Source: an uncultured Rikenellaceae bacterium (GTDB taxonomy: Bacteria; Bacteroidota; Bacteroidia; Bacteroidales; VadinHA17). From it: DNA of 64,000 nucleotides. How positions within the stretch are numbered: the first letter of the stretch is position 1; each line of letters opens with the position of its first letter. The stretch is from NCBI GenBank assembly GCA_964633195.1, contig CAZWFL010000003.1:1650-65649 (forward strand). The letters are read 5' to 3'. This document shows positions 20,659 to 30,358 of the stretch, in pieces. The position numbers were made by a program, and so were the translations under genes. The notes under the pieces were generated by a model. That model was not told the origin of the DNA. It did not search any database and saw nothing but the letters and a program-made list of their open reading frames with translations.

Positions 20659-20895
20659 ATGTTTGTAAAACTACTGATACTGAGTGCTGTTTTTTTGTTT
20701 ATAGCTTTTGCCGGACTGGGCATAAGAGTTCTGTTCAGAAGGGAAGGTAAATTTCCGGAGACTCATGCGGGACGCAACAGGGAAATGAGGAAGCTTGGAA
20801 TCTCCTGTGCAAAGAATACCGATGTCGGTTGTCATTCCACGGAAGGTTTTCCGGGCTGTCCTGCATGTGAAGGGAGCAGGCTTTGTCAGCCGTAG
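20659..20895 (+). CDS. Small single-TM, four-cysteine membrane protein; candidate NqrM-like Na+-NQR maturation factor
   Basis: 78 aa. TM helix LLILSAVFLFIAFAGLGIRVLF, then a basic linker and GISCAKNTDVGCHSTEGFPGCPAC. It lies convergent to the 3' end of nqrABCDEF-apbE. Confidence 0.5.
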   Translation: MFVKLLILSAVFLFIAFAGLGIRVLFRREGKFPETHAGRNREMRKLGISCAKNTDVGCHSTEGFPGCPACEGSRLCQP

Positions 20896-20912
20896 TCCCG
20901 CATAATCGGGAC
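20895..20912 (+). terminator. Short GC hairpin overlapping the stop codon of the mini-protein gene
   Basis: GTCCCG-CATAAT-CGGGAC. No T-tract follows it. Confidence 0.3.
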
Positions 20913-20919
20913 GAAGGCT

Positions 20920-21066
20920 GAGGGATGAGAGGTGAGTGATGAGTGATGAGTGATGAGGGATGAGAGGTGAGTGATGAGGGATGAGAGGTGAGTGATGAGG
21001 GATGAGAGATGAGGGATGAGAGGTGAGTGATGAGTGATGAGAGATGAGGGATGAGAGGTGAGGGGT
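20920..21066 (+). repeat. Heptanucleotide tandem array, 21 exact-phase units of GAGNGRT (147 bp), with no C on the + strand
   Basis: Units are A=GAGGGAT, B=GAGAGGT, C=GAGTGAT, D=GAGAGAT, E=GAGGGGT, in the order ABCCCABCABCADABCCDABE. There is no C between 20919 and 21071, and 76 of the 147 nt are G. Confidence 0.97.
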
Positions 21067-21083
21067 GGGTTCAGTGTTAAAGG

Positions 21084-22112
21084 TCAGGGAGTGTTTTCAG
21101 AGATTTGTTGCCGCAGTTTTTCAGTGAACCAGGTGCGAAAGTTTCCGCTTTCATCAGAGTAGACTAAATAAGCATCGAGTGAAAGGTCAGAATTTACAAA
21201 ATCAACTGCCTTTTCAAGTCCCATTACCATACATGCGGTAGCTATAGCATCAGCCGACATACAGTCATGTGCCAGTATAGTGGCACTCAGGAGCCTGTTT
21301 CTCGCCGGGTATCCGGTCACCGGGTCGATGGTATGCGAGTATTTAACGCCATCCTCAATGAAGAATTTTCTGTAATTGCCGGATGTGGCAAGTGATCTGT
21401 CCTTAATTATTATGACTGCCTGCAGATTCTGACCGGGCATCATGTTTAAATCCTCCGGCCTGTCAATACCAATTCTCCAGCCTGCCCCATTTTTGTCGCC
21501 TTTAACTCTCACCTCCCCTCCTATCTCGACAAGAAAGCTCTTTATGCCCTTACTGTCGAGTAACTTCCAAACAACATCAACGGCATAGCCCTGGGCAATA
21601 CCATTAAAGTCGAGTGTTACCTCCGGGAGGGCTTTAATCAGGCGGCCCGACTTCAGCTCCACTTTGTCCATTCCTACCAGCCTTATGAGAGAATCCCTTT
21701 TCTCTCCGCTGAACCCCCTGCGTGAATCAGGCCCGAATCCCCAGGCATTCACAAGGGGACCAACGGTAACGTCAAATGCTCCTCCTGTCAGCTTATAGAT
21801 CTCCTTTGATCTTGTAAATACTTCTAAAAAATAGTTATCCGGCATAACCTCTTCATTCCTGTTGATCCTCGACACGACCGACGAATCCCTGTAGATGGAG
21901 AGTGACATGTCAAATCCAAGAAGGGTTCTCTCGACCTCCTTTTTAAGCGTGTCAGGATTTATTTTTCCATCATCGCGGAATATAATACTATAAGTGGTTC
22001 CCTGTGTGAATCCGGCAAAGGAAGAGAAACTAAGCTCTCTGTTGCTGCATGAACTCCACAGCACCAGAAGGGCAGGCACCAGGCATGATAATCTGATTCT
22101 AAAGGGATTCAT
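21084..22112 (-). CDS. apbE: FAD:protein FMN transferase (flavin transferase for NqrB/NqrC), lipoprotein
   Basis: Lipobox-like LVLWSSCSN. ApbE motifs GGAFDVTVGPL, GIAQGYAVD and YSHTIDPVTGYP. Its start overlaps the nqrF stop by 1 nt. Confidence 0.9.
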   Translation of the reverse strand: MNPFRIRLSCLVPALLVLWSSCSNRELSFSSFAGFTQGTTYSIIFRDDGKINPDTLKKEVERTLLGFDMSLSIYRDSSVVSRINRNEEVMPDNYFLEVFTRSKEIYKLTGGAFDVTVGPLVNAWGFGPDSRRGFSGEKRDSLIRLVGMDKVELKSGRLIKALPEVTLDFNGIAQGYAVDVVWKLLDSKGIKSFLVEIGGEVRVKGDKNGAGWRIGIDRPEDLNMMPGQNLQAVIIIKDRSLATSGNYRKFFIEDGVKYSHTIDPVTGYPARNRLLSATILAHDCMSADAIATACMVMGLEKAVDFVNSDLSLDAYLVYSDESGNFRTWFTEKLRQQISENTP

Positions 22113-23365
22113 TAAATTCCAAAATCGTCAAATGATATGTTTTCTTCAGGCACACCCAGATTGTCGAGCATCCTGATGACGGCACCGTTCATTGCCGGGG
22201 GTCCGCAGAAGTAATACTCAATATCTTCAGGTTCATCATGTTTACCAAGGTAATTATCATAAAGCACCTGGTGTATGAAACCCGTGTATCCTTTCCAGTT
22301 ATCCTCCGGCAAAGGTTCAGACAATGCGAGGTTGAAGCTGAAGTTAGAAAATTTCTTCTCGATTGCACGGAATTCGTCCTCATAAAAGACCTCTCTCAGC
22401 GACCTGGCCCCGTACCAGTACGACACTTTCCGTTTTGTTTTCAGTGTATGGAACAGGTGGAAGATATGTGATCTGAGGGGAGCCATTCCTGCTCCTCCAC
22501 CGATATATACCATTTCGTTTTCGGTGTCCCTGATATGAAACTCGCCGTAAGGCCCTGATATCATTACCCTATCGCCAGGCTTCATAGAGAATATGTATGA
22601 GGAGCAGATACCCGGCGGTGCCTTTATGAACTGATTCCTTACACCGTCCCATGGCGGGGTGGCAATACGTATATTCAGCTTGATAAGGTTTTTCTCGGCG
22701 GGATAATTGGCCATTGAATAGGCACGGTAGGTCTCGGTGGTATTGTTCATTGAAAGGTCCCACATCTCAAATTTATCCCAGTCTTCCCTGAACTCATCCT
22801 CCACAATGAAGTCGCTGAATGTCAGTTTATATTTAGGAACATCTATCTGGATATAGCCACCCGGTTCGAAATTGAGTTCTTCTCCGTCCGGCAGCTTAAC
22901 CACAAATTCCTTGATAAAGGTTGCCACGTTCCTGTTTGATACCACTTCGCATTCCCATTTTCTTATGCCCAGCACCGATTCCGGCAATATGACCGACATG
23001 CTGTCTCTTATTTTGACCTGGCATGAGAGGCGCCAGTTGTTAAGCTGTTCCTTTCGTGTAAAGAAGCCTGTTTCGGTCGGAAGGATCGATCCGCCACCTT
23101 CAACTATCTGGCATTTGCATAAACCACATGTACCTCCTCCCCCACAGGCCGACGGCAGATATATGCCGTTATATGAAAGAGTTGAAAGAAGATTTGATCC
23201 CGGTGATACTGAAAACTCGCGGTCGTTGATCTTAAGGGTCACTTCACCCTTTGGGATAAGCTTGTCCCTTGCATAGAGAAGCAGCGTTACCAGAAGCAGT
23301 ATTATTAACAGGAAGACAATGATGCTGTAAAGAATTGTGGAGAGAGTTGAAATAGCTAATATCAT
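22112..23365 (-). CDS. nqrF: Na+-translocating NADH:quinone oxidoreductase subunit F
   Basis: N-terminal TM segment. 2Fe-2S motif [18 protein letters not shown]-binding RAYSMANYP and [12 protein letters not shown]. Confidence 0.95.
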   Translation of the reverse strand: MILAISTLSTILYSIIVFLLIILLLVTLLLYARDKLIPKGEVTLKINDREFSVSPGSNLLSTLSYNGIYLPSACGGGGTCGLCKCQIVEGGGSILPTETGFFTRKEQLNNWRLSCQVKIRDSMSVILPESVLGIRKWECEVVSNRNVATFIKEFVVKLPDGEELNFEPGGYIQIDVPKYKLTFSDFIVEDEFREDWDKFEMWDLSMNNTTETYRAYSMANYPAEKNLIKLNIRIATPPWDGVRNQFIKAPPGICSSYIFSMKPGDRVMISGPYGEFHIRDTENEMVYIGGGAGMAPLRSHIFHLFHTLKTKRKVSYWYGARSLREVFYEDEFRAIEKKFSNFSFNLALSEPLPEDNWKGYTGFIHQVLYDNYLGKHDEPEDIEYYFCGPPAMNGAVIRMLDNLGVPEENISFDDFGI

Positions 23366-23381
23366 GACCCGGTCTGTTCAG

Positions 23382-23999
23382 TTATAGTTTTATACCCATA
23401 AATCCCATAAAAGCAATTGCCATCAATCCTGTCAGAATAAATGTTATTCCAAGTCCTTTCAGCGGATCGGGCACATTGCTGTACCGGAGTTTTTCCCTGA
23501 TAGCCGCTATGCCCGTAATGGCAAGGAGCCATCCTATTCCCGATCCAAACCCGAATACTGTTGCCTCTATGAGGGTCTGGTATTCGCGCTCCTGCATAAA
23601 GAGGGAGCCCCCCAGTATTGCACAGTTAACGGCGATAAGCGGAAGGAAGATACCCAGGGAGTTATACAGCGCAGGGCTCATCTTCTCAATCACCATCTCA
23701 ACCAGCTGCACCATGGCGGCTATTACTGCAATAAAGACTATGAAGGCCAGGAAGCTGAGGTCAACCTCTTCAAATCCCCGGCCCAGCCATGATAAAGCTC
23801 CCTTCTTCAGGACATAGTTCTCGATGAGGTAGTTAACCGGGATGGTTATAATCAGAACAAATATCACTGCCAGTCCGAGGCCAAGCGATGTCTTAACGGT
23901 TTTTGAAACGGCCAGGTATGAACACATACCAAGGAAGAATGCAAAAACCATATTCTCAACAAAGATTGACTTAACGAATATGTTCAACAGGTTTTCCAT
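23382..23999 (-). CDS. nqrE: Na+-NQR subunit E
   Basis: 205-aa polytopic protein with an NqrE/RnfA-like N-terminus ([26 protein letters not shown]) and operon position. Confidence 0.92.
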   Translation of the reverse strand: MENLLNIFVKSIFVENMVFAFFLGMCSYLAVSKTVKTSLGLGLAVIFVLIITIPVNYLIENYVLKKGALSWLGRGFEEVDLSFLAFIVFIAVIAAMVQLVEMVIEKMSPALYNSLGIFLPLIAVNCAILGGSLFMQEREYQTLIEATVFGFGSGIGWLLAITGIAAIREKLRYSNVPDPLKGLGITFILTGLMAIAFMGFMGIKL

Positions 24000-24010
24000 G
24001 GTCTCTCACT

Positions 24011-24664
24011 CTAATTTTTCTCAACAAGACTCTTATCACGGCTCCGGTGCACCCATATAATCAATCCTACAACAATAAGTGCCATAGGTGGCAGAATCAT
24101 CATCCCGTTATCTTCATAGCCAGTTGAATAGAGCCCCAGCTTTTCCATAACCGGATAATCCATAAGGGTTCCCGATCCCAGCAGTTCACGAAAGAAGGCC
24201 ACGATAACCAGTATCAGCCCGTATCCTGCCCCGTTGCCAAGCCCGTCAAGGAATGAGGCCCATGGTTTGTTGGCCATGGAAAAACCTTCGAGCCGGCCCA
24301 TTATGATGCAGTTGGTTATTATCAGTCCGACAAAAACGGAGAGTTGTTTGCTCACATCAAAGGCATATGCTTTCAGAACCTGATCGACAAGTATCACAAG
24401 GGAAGCTATTACCACGAGCTGAACGATGATCCTGATCCTTTCCGGAATATACTTTCTCAGAGCGGCAATCACAATGCTTGAGACTGAGATCACAAAAATC
24501 ACCGACACAGCCATTACCAGTGCCGGCTTAAGCTTCACTGTTATAGCGAGTGCTGAACATATACCCAGCACCTGCACGGTAATGGGATTATTCCTGCCCA
24601 GCGGTTCGGTCAGCAGTTTTAAATTCTTCGCCGAGAACAAAGGTTCTCTTTCCTGATTACTCAT
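24011..24664 (-). CDS. nqrD: Na+-NQR subunit D
   Basis: NNPITVQVLGICSALAITV and ITNCIIMGR are NqrD/RnfE-like; operon position agrees. Confidence 0.92.
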   Translation of the reverse strand: MSNQEREPLFSAKNLKLLTEPLGRNNPITVQVLGICSALAITVKLKPALVMAVSVIFVISVSSIVIAALRKYIPERIRIIVQLVVIASLVILVDQVLKAYAFDVSKQLSVFVGLIITNCIIMGRLEGFSMANKPWASFLDGLGNGAGYGLILVIVAFFRELLGSGTLMDYPVMEKLGLYSTGYEDNGMMILPPMALIVVGLIIWVHRSRDKSLVEKN

Positions 24665-24667
24665 ATC

Positions 24668-25369
24668 TTAATTCCTGTTTTTTAATAGATAATCATTATA
24701 CTTACCCAGGCAGTCGGCCAGCATTTCCTCGAGTGCCTTGCTGGTAATTGTCCCTCCCGAGATTGCATCCACTCCGTGAGGGTTATCAGGGGTTGTCCCG
24801 CCTTTGATAACCTTCACCGAAACAAATTTCTCCCCGTCGTAGAGTCTCTTATCCCTGAACATGCTTTCAAAAGCTGTGGTATTGATCTCTGCCCCCAGTC
24901 CGGGAGTCTCCCCCTTATGATCGAAGGTTACACCATAAATGGTGTTCATGTCGGATTTTAGCGAAATATAACCCCATATCGGGCCCCAAAGGCCCTTCCC
25001 CTCAACCGGCAGGATGATCACTTCTTCGCTTTCGTCCGGAAAGGCAGTGAACAGAGGCAGATACTGCTCCTCAAGCGGTTTCTTCTGTTCTGTCCTGAGC
25101 ACCACAGTGAAAGCATCTATCCCCTGCACCTCTTCACCCTTATTATTCAGCACAAAAGAGTCCCTGACATATTTCTCGTAGAGTTCCCCTGCATTTTTCT
25201 TATCAGCAGACACCCCGATCGATTCCAGCATGCTTCTCTTCTTTTCGATCTCGAGGTTCCGGCTCTGGAGTGGCTGAAGCAGGGTAGCCGCCAGTGAGAG
25301 AAGAGTGGCCACAATGATCACCATCACCGAGGAGAAAATGAAGATATATGTATTGCTGAACTGTTTCAT
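24668..25369 (-). CDS. nqrC: Na+-NQR subunit C (FMN-binding)
   Basis: Single N-terminal TM segment and flavinylation-site context GVDAISGGTITSKA. Confidence 0.9.
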   Translation of the reverse strand: MKQFSNTYIFIFSSVMVIIVATLLSLAATLLQPLQSRNLEIEKKRSMLESIGVSADKKNAGELYEKYVRDSFVLNNKGEEVQGIDAFTVVLRTEQKKPLEEQYLPLFTAFPDESEEVIILPVEGKGLWGPIWGYISLKSDMNTIYGVTFDHKGETPGLGAEINTTAFESMFRDKRLYDGEKFVSVKVIKGGTTPDNPHGVDAISGGTITSKALEEMLADCLGKYNDYLLKNRN

Positions 25370-25413
25370 TTGTATAGTTGATGTTTATTTATCATGGCTG
25401 TTTCATTGACTTA

Positions 25414-26580
25414 TCAGTTGTTCATTGCCACCATGGCACGTTTAAGCCTTTTCCTGATATTTGCCTGGATAACATAATGGTCGATAAGGGGGGCGAAAAC
25501 ATTCATCAGGAGGATGGCCAGCATAACCCCTTCAGGGTAAGCGGGGTTGAGCACCCTGAAGATGACAGAAAATCCACCAATGAGCAATCCATATATCCAT
25601 TTCCCTGTCTCTGTCTGAGCCGCTGAGACTGGATCGGTGGCCATAAAAACCGCTCCGAAGGCAAAGCCACCCATTACAAAATGATAATAAACAGGCAGTT
25701 CCATATACGGATTTACCGCGATCAGGTTAAAAAGCAAACCTATTCCCAGGGCTCCCCCAAAAACGCCCAGCATTATTTTCCAGCTTCCGATTCCTGTCAA
25801 AATAAGCACGAGAGCCCCTAAGAGTATCGCGATCGTTGATGTCTCACCAACCGATCCGGGTATAGTACCGATGAACATCTCGATAAAAGAGGGAAGTCTC
25901 TCAGTCTCATAGGCAGCTGAAAGCGCCATCGGCGTAGCTCCTGAAAACCCGTCGACAACCTGCTGGCCTTTCGCCAGGCCTGCTATCCATACCTTGTCTC
26001 CGGTCATCCAGCCCGGATAGCTGAAGAACAGGAAGGCCCTTGCAGTAAGAGCCGGATTAAGGATATTCATACCTGATCCGCCAAAGATCTCTTTGCCGAT
26101 TATAACAGCAAATGCAGTGGCAAGGGCAAGCATCCACAGGGGAACATCAACAGGCATTACAAGTGGTATCAGCAATCCCGTCACAAGAAATCCTTCATTT
26201 ATCTCGTGACCCCTTATCTGGGCAGCCGTAAACTCAATGCCAAGGCCGACAACATAACTTACAATAATAAGAGGCAGAATCTTTAAAAAGCCAAACCAGA
26301 AATTCTGAAGTATACCTGTCTCAATCCCGATTGCTTTGAAATGCTGCAGCCCGGTGTTGTAAGCTCCAAAGAGGAGGGCCGGGAGCAGGGCAACCACAAC
26401 AACAATCATTGTGCGCTTCATGTCAATGGGGTCCCTGACATGAGATCCCATGCCGGTTACCTTGTCGGGAACGAACATAAATGATTCGAATCCCTCAAAT
26501 ACCGATTGCAGCTTTGACAGCTTTCCACCCTTTGTAAAATGAGGCTTAAGCTTGTCCAATGTTTTTCTCAGAGAATTCAT
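25414..26580 (-). CDS. nqrB: Na+-NQR subunit B
   Basis: Polytopic protein with GGSGMNILNPALTARAFLFF and FMATDPVSAAQTETGKWIYG. Confidence 0.93.
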   Translation of the reverse strand: MNSLRKTLDKLKPHFTKGGKLSKLQSVFEGFESFMFVPDKVTGMGSHVRDPIDMKRTMIVVVVALLPALLFGAYNTGLQHFKAIGIETGILQNFWFGFLKILPLIIVSYVVGLGIEFTAAQIRGHEINEGFLVTGLLIPLVMPVDVPLWMLALATAFAVIIGKEIFGGSGMNILNPALTARAFLFFSYPGWMTGDKVWIAGLAKGQQVVDGFSGATPMALSAAYETERLPSFIEMFIGTIPGSVGETSTIAILLGALVLILTGIGSWKIMLGVFGGALGIGLLFNLIAVNPYMELPVYYHFVMGGFAFGAVFMATDPVSAAQTETGKWIYGLLIGGFSVIFRVLNPAYPEGVMLAILLMNVFAPLIDHYVIQANIRKRLKRAMVAMNN

Positions 26581-26604
26581 TTATAATAGCTGTAACACAA
26601 ATTT

Positions 26605-27957
26605 TTAATTCATTTCCCTTATCATCAGATCTATCCCCTTTCTGATGATCGATTGTATCTCTATTTTCGACGGACAAATAAACTCGCAGAGTGCAAAATC
26701 CTCCTCTGCAACCTCGTAAATACCAAGATTTTCCATTCGTTCAATATCCTCCACAAGTATTGCTTTAAGCAGGTGCATGGGATAGATATCCATAGGCAGG
26801 ACCTTTTCATAGTGGCCGGTAATGACAAATGCCCTTTCGCCGCCGTGATAGTTGGTGTCAAATCTGTACTCTTTCCTTGGAAACAGAGCCGAAGCAAAAG
26901 TCTTTGTGAAGCTGAATTTCCTGAAACCAGGGGAAGCCCATCCGAAAAATTCGTGATAGTTCCCCTCAGGAATGACGGTGACCTGTGAATCATAATAGCC
27001 CAGATAACCGTCCGGTTCTATCCTTGAGCCGGTAAGAACGTTTCCGCTTATATATCTGAGGTCGCCGTTCTTCATATTCCCATTAAGCATAGGGGCAACA
27101 GAGCCCCCGGAAAGCATCCTGTAATACTGCGGATTAAGTACCTCCGATCCTGTAAGTGCCACAATCCTTTCCGGCCTGTAAACCCCCTCCTCAAAAAGTC
27201 TGCCTATGGCGTAAACGTCCTGAAAGTTGACACACCACACCTTCTCTCCCTTGTTTACAGGATCGATGTGATGAATATGTACCCCGACATTCCCTGCCGG
27301 ATGAGGTCCTGAGAAGTATGATACCTCAACACCCCGGAGGCCATTAAGAATCTCAGGGGGCTGTTCCTTTCCGTTAAGGACCAGATTCACCCTCCCTTCA
27401 GTAAGTGTTGCGATCGCTGCGATTCCGGTCCTGAAAAACGAACCATTCGAATTGTAAGAAATAAAATTATAATCAGGTGCCAGGGGTGACGTGTCAAAAC
27501 CCGAGATAAAGACCGATTTGGGTGTCTCATCAGGATTTGCCACTATATGATAGGGCCTCTGCCTTATGGCGGGCCATAACCCTGATTTTAAAAGATGCTC
27601 CCTTACTGTTTCACGATTAAGATTCTCTGTGCTGATCTTCTCAAACTCCGCAAAATCATTCCCTTTCTTTTCCACCACGATCTCCAACAGCTTCCTCCGG
27701 TCGCCTCTCACCACCTCTCTGACAACTCCGCTTACCGGGGATGTAAACTGAATCACCGTATTCATCTTATTGTAAAACAGAGAGGATCCGGCACTTACCC
27801 TGTCTCCCGGTTTTACACATATCTTCGGTATCAGTCCGGGGAAATCCACCGGTTTGACTCCATAAAAAGCAGGATCAATATCGCCGGCAAAAATTTTCTC
27901 CGGCTTACCTGATATCTTTAAATCCAGCCCTTTTTTCAGGGTAATTGATACGGCCAT
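26605..27957 (-). CDS. nqrA: Na+-NQR subunit A
   Basis: 450-aa soluble subunit with N-terminus ITLKKGLDLKISG. It is the first gene of the operon. Confidence 0.92.
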   Translation of the reverse strand: MAVSITLKKGLDLKISGKPEKIFAGDIDPAFYGVKPVDFPGLIPKICVKPGDRVSAGSSLFYNKMNTVIQFTSPVSGVVREVVRGDRRKLLEIVVEKKGNDFAEFEKISTENLNRETVREHLLKSGLWPAIRQRPYHIVANPDETPKSVFISGFDTSPLAPDYNFISYNSNGSFFRTGIAAIATLTEGRVNLVLNGKEQPPEILNGLRGVEVSYFSGPHPAGNVGVHIHHIDPVNKGEKVWCVNFQDVYAIGRLFEEGVYRPERIVALTGSEVLNPQYYRMLSGGSVAPMLNGNMKNGDLRYISGNVLTGSRIEPDGYLGYYDSQVTVIPEGNYHEFFGWASPGFRKFSFTKTFASALFPRKEYRFDTNYHGGERAFVITGHYEKVLPMDIYPMHLLKAILVEDIERMENLGIYEVAEEDFALCEFICPSKIEIQSIIRKGIDLMIREMN

Positions 27958-28021
27958 CTCTGATTAGATAATGAAAAATTCTGAAGGTAAAGTAATTCGC
28001 TAAATGTTTAACGAAGAAATA

Positions 28022-28029
28022 CAAATGTA
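28022..28029 (-). promoter_or_regulatory. Bacteroidota -7 promoter box for the nqr operon
   Basis: Exact TACATTTG on the minus strand, 65 nt upstream of the nqrA start. Confidence 0.45.
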
Positions 28030-28085
28030 AAAAACCATTACAACATTTTAAGAAAAGTACCTGCCATGATTGTACTTTTTTGCAT

Positions 28086-28093
28086 TATTTTTG
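28086..28093 (+). promoter_or_regulatory. Bacteroidota -7 promoter box for the T9SS plug-like gene
   Basis: Exact TATTTTTG, 27 nt upstream of ATG 28120. It lies inside the longer ORF call from 28066, which argues for the 28120 start. Confidence 0.4.
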
Positions 28094-28119
28094 TCAACAA
28101 TTTATTAAAATATGATTTA

Positions 28120-29400
28120 ATGCAGGTTTTCCTTCTGTTTTTACTCTCTGCCCTCTCCCGGATGTTACCCGTAAATGAGTATGATCAGTCATATTCCGAC
28201 AGGGTTTACAGCGAAAAGATCAAAAGTGTCAGGCTCTTCAGGGAGGGATGGAATCTGTCATACCCGGTAATGAAACTCAAAAGCAATGATAAACTTGTTC
28301 TTCGTTTTGACCTGCTGGGTGATCATCCTGAAACATATTACTATACATTCATTCACTGTGATAAGGACTGGAACCCTTCTGATATTTTTGTAAACGATTA
28401 TCTTGAGGGATTTCCCGAAAACCAGATTGAAGAATTCAGGCCATCGTTCAATACTACTGTAAATTACATTCATTATTCGTTGATATTTCCCAACGAGAGG
28501 GCAGAACTGAAGCTTTCAGGGAACTATGTCCTCATCGTTTATCCGGCTCATAATCAGGACCATCCTGTTCTTACAAGAAGATTCATTATCTCTGAGGATG
28601 CAGCGGGAATCAATGTAAACCTCAGAAGGCCACAAATGACTGCAGACAATAACAGGGGACAGCAGGCTGATTTCACTGTAAGCTTCCAGGGGATCTCAAT
28701 TAACGACCCTCTCAGGAATATTTACACTTCTGTCCTTCAGAACGGAAGATGGGACCGTTTAAAAACAAATCTCAAAGCCGATTTTGTTGGGAATAATGAA
28801 CTAAGATACAGCTCATTATCAGACAAAACAATTTTCCCCGGAGGGAACGAATTCAGGTATTTCGATATAAGGAGCATCAGGTATAAATCTGAATTCATCA
28901 GCAGGATCGATTACAGATTCTCCAACTATCACATTATGCTTCAGCCTTCGGAGAACAGGGAGGCCAGGCCCTACTTTTATCACCAGGACTTTAACGGCAA
29001 ATATTATGTTGCAGTGCAGGAGGGACAGAACCATGAGACGGATGCCGATTATGTATGGATTTATTTCTCTCTCCCTTTCAGATATCCGTTAACCGGAGGA
29101 AAGGTATACGTGTCGGGTGCTTTTAACGGCTGGAACAATGACGCGGTAAACCGGATGAGCTATAACTATGAAAATGAAGCATACGAATGCAGCATACTGC
29201 TCAAGCAAGGCTGGTATAATTTTGAATATGAATATCTGAAAGACAACTCAGATGAGGGCACCTCTGAGATGTTTGAAGGGAGTCACTACGAAACGGAGAA
29301 TGATTACCTGATCATTGTATATTACCGCAATCCCCGCGAACGGTACGACCGCGTGATCGGGTCGATAGTAGCAAATACTCTTAACCGCATATCCGGTTAG
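28120..29400 (+). CDS. Type IX secretion system plug protein family (DUF5103-like)
   Basis: Signal-like MQVFLLFLLSALS. The family-typical stretch IKSVRLFREGWNLSYPVMKLKSNDKLVLRFDLLGDHPETYYYTFIHCDKDWNPSDIFVNDYLEGF...NTTVNYIHYSLIFPNERAELKLSGNYVLIVY was recognised from memory, not searched. Confidence 0.55.
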   Translation: MQVFLLFLLSALSRMLPVNEYDQSYSDRVYSEKIKSVRLFREGWNLSYPVMKLKSNDKLVLRFDLLGDHPETYYYTFIHCDKDWNPSDIFVNDYLEGFPENQIEEFRPSFNTTVNYIHYSLIFPNERAELKLSGNYVLIVYPAHNQDHPVLTRRFIISEDAAGINVNLRRPQMTADNNRGQQADFTVSFQGISINDPLRNIYTSVLQNGRWDRLKTNLKADFVGNNELRYSSLSDKTIFPGGNEFRYFDIRSIRYKSEFISRIDYRFSNYHIMLQPSENREARPYFYHQDFNGKYYVAVQEGQNHETDADYVWIYFSLPFRYPLTGGKVYVSGAFNGWNNDAVNRMSYNYENEAYECSILLKQGWYNFEYEYLKDNSDEGTSEMFEGSHYETENDYLIIVYYRNPRERYDRVIGSIVANTLNRISG

Positions 29401-29909
29401 TGATCCGTGTGGTCATTCACCCCGTATTGCATCAGGATGGTGTGTCTAAGTGTTTTGCTGATCTCCGTCATATACTCGCCTACAGCCCTGACTGATCCGG
29501 GCAGGGTATAGATCAGCGACTTACCCGCTATGCCTGCCACTCCGTTGCTCAGAAGGGCGTTAGGATTGATCGAACCATATTTTACCCTGATAAACTCCAT
29601 TATTCCGGGGATCTCCTTTTCAAGAAGCGGTCTGACAATCGCTGCAGTAATGTCTTTCGGCCCTATACCCGTGCCACCGGTAGTAATAATGATGTTATAT
29701 TCTTCAGATCCCTCTGCCACGATTCTCTTCAAAGCAACCGGATCATCCGGAATTAAAAGCGTTCTGATGTTATATCTCCAGCCGGTGGTTTTAAAGAAGT
29801 CCGATACTCTTTCCTTTAACTCAGGTCCGCTCCTGTCTTCATATTCTCCTCCCGACGCTCTGTCGCTTAGTGTAATAATAAGTATTTCAAATATTTCAGG
29901 CAGTTTCAT
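29397..29909 (-). CDS. MogA/MoaB-family molybdopterin adenylyltransferase
   Basis: LSDRASGGEYEDRSGP and IIITTGGTGIGPKDIT. It overlaps moaC by 4 nt. Confidence 0.85.
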   Translation of the reverse strand: MKLPEIFEILIITLSDRASGGEYEDRSGPELKERVSDFFKTTGWRYNIRTLLIPDDPVALKRIVAEGSEEYNIIITTGGTGIGPKDITAAIVRPLLEKEIPGIMEFIRVKYGSINPNALLSNGVAGIAGKSLIYTLPGSVRAVGEYMTEISKTLRHTILMQYGVNDHTDH

Positions 29910-30352
29910 TTTTTTGTTTTCTGTAAAAGCTTAAGATCTCCTATAACCATATTCCTGTCAACTGCCTTGCACATATCATAAACAGTGAGCAGTGCAATGC
30001 TGACAGATGTAAGGGCTTCCATTTCGGCACCTGTTTTTCCGGTGCATTTAACTTCGCATTCAGCAGTAATGCCTGATTCGCCGGTTTTCAGTTCCACCTT
30101 TATATTATCAAGCAGTATATTATGACAGAGCGGTATCAGTTCCGGGGTCTTCTTGGCCGCAGCTATTCCTGCAATCTGTGCAACTGTCAGCACATCACCC
30201 TTCTTCATTCCCTCTTTCTCAATCAGTCGGAGGGTCTCCCCGGACAAACTTATATGGCCGGAAGCTCTGGCACATCTGTGTTCCTGCTTTTTGTTACCTA
30301 TATCGACCATTACCGCCCTTCCTTTTTTATCAATATGAGTAAGTCTTTTCAT
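29906..30352 (-). CDS. moaC: Cyclic pyranopterin monophosphate synthase accessory enzyme MoaC
   Basis: MVDIGNKK, LIPLCHNILL, KTGAEMEALTSVSIALLTVYDMCKA. Confidence 0.92.
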   Translation of the reverse strand: MKRLTHIDKKGRAVMVDIGNKKQEHRCARASGHISLSGETLRLIEKEGMKKGDVLTVAQIAGIAAAKKTPELIPLCHNILLDNIKVELKTGESGITAECEVKCTGKTGAEMEALTSVSIALLTVYDMCKAVDRNMVIGDLKLLQKTKK

Positions 30353-30358
30353 ACCGTA

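Noticed and set aside
20920-21066. Tandem array considered as a CRISPR array
   Set aside because: The units are 7 nt with no spacers, there are no cas genes in the window, and the period is far below CRISPR repeat size.
20920-21066. G-rich array considered as a G-quadruplex former
   Set aside because: GGG runs occur only in the GAGGGAT/GAGGGGT units and are spaced 14-35 nt apart. Those loops are too long for a canonical intramolecular G4.
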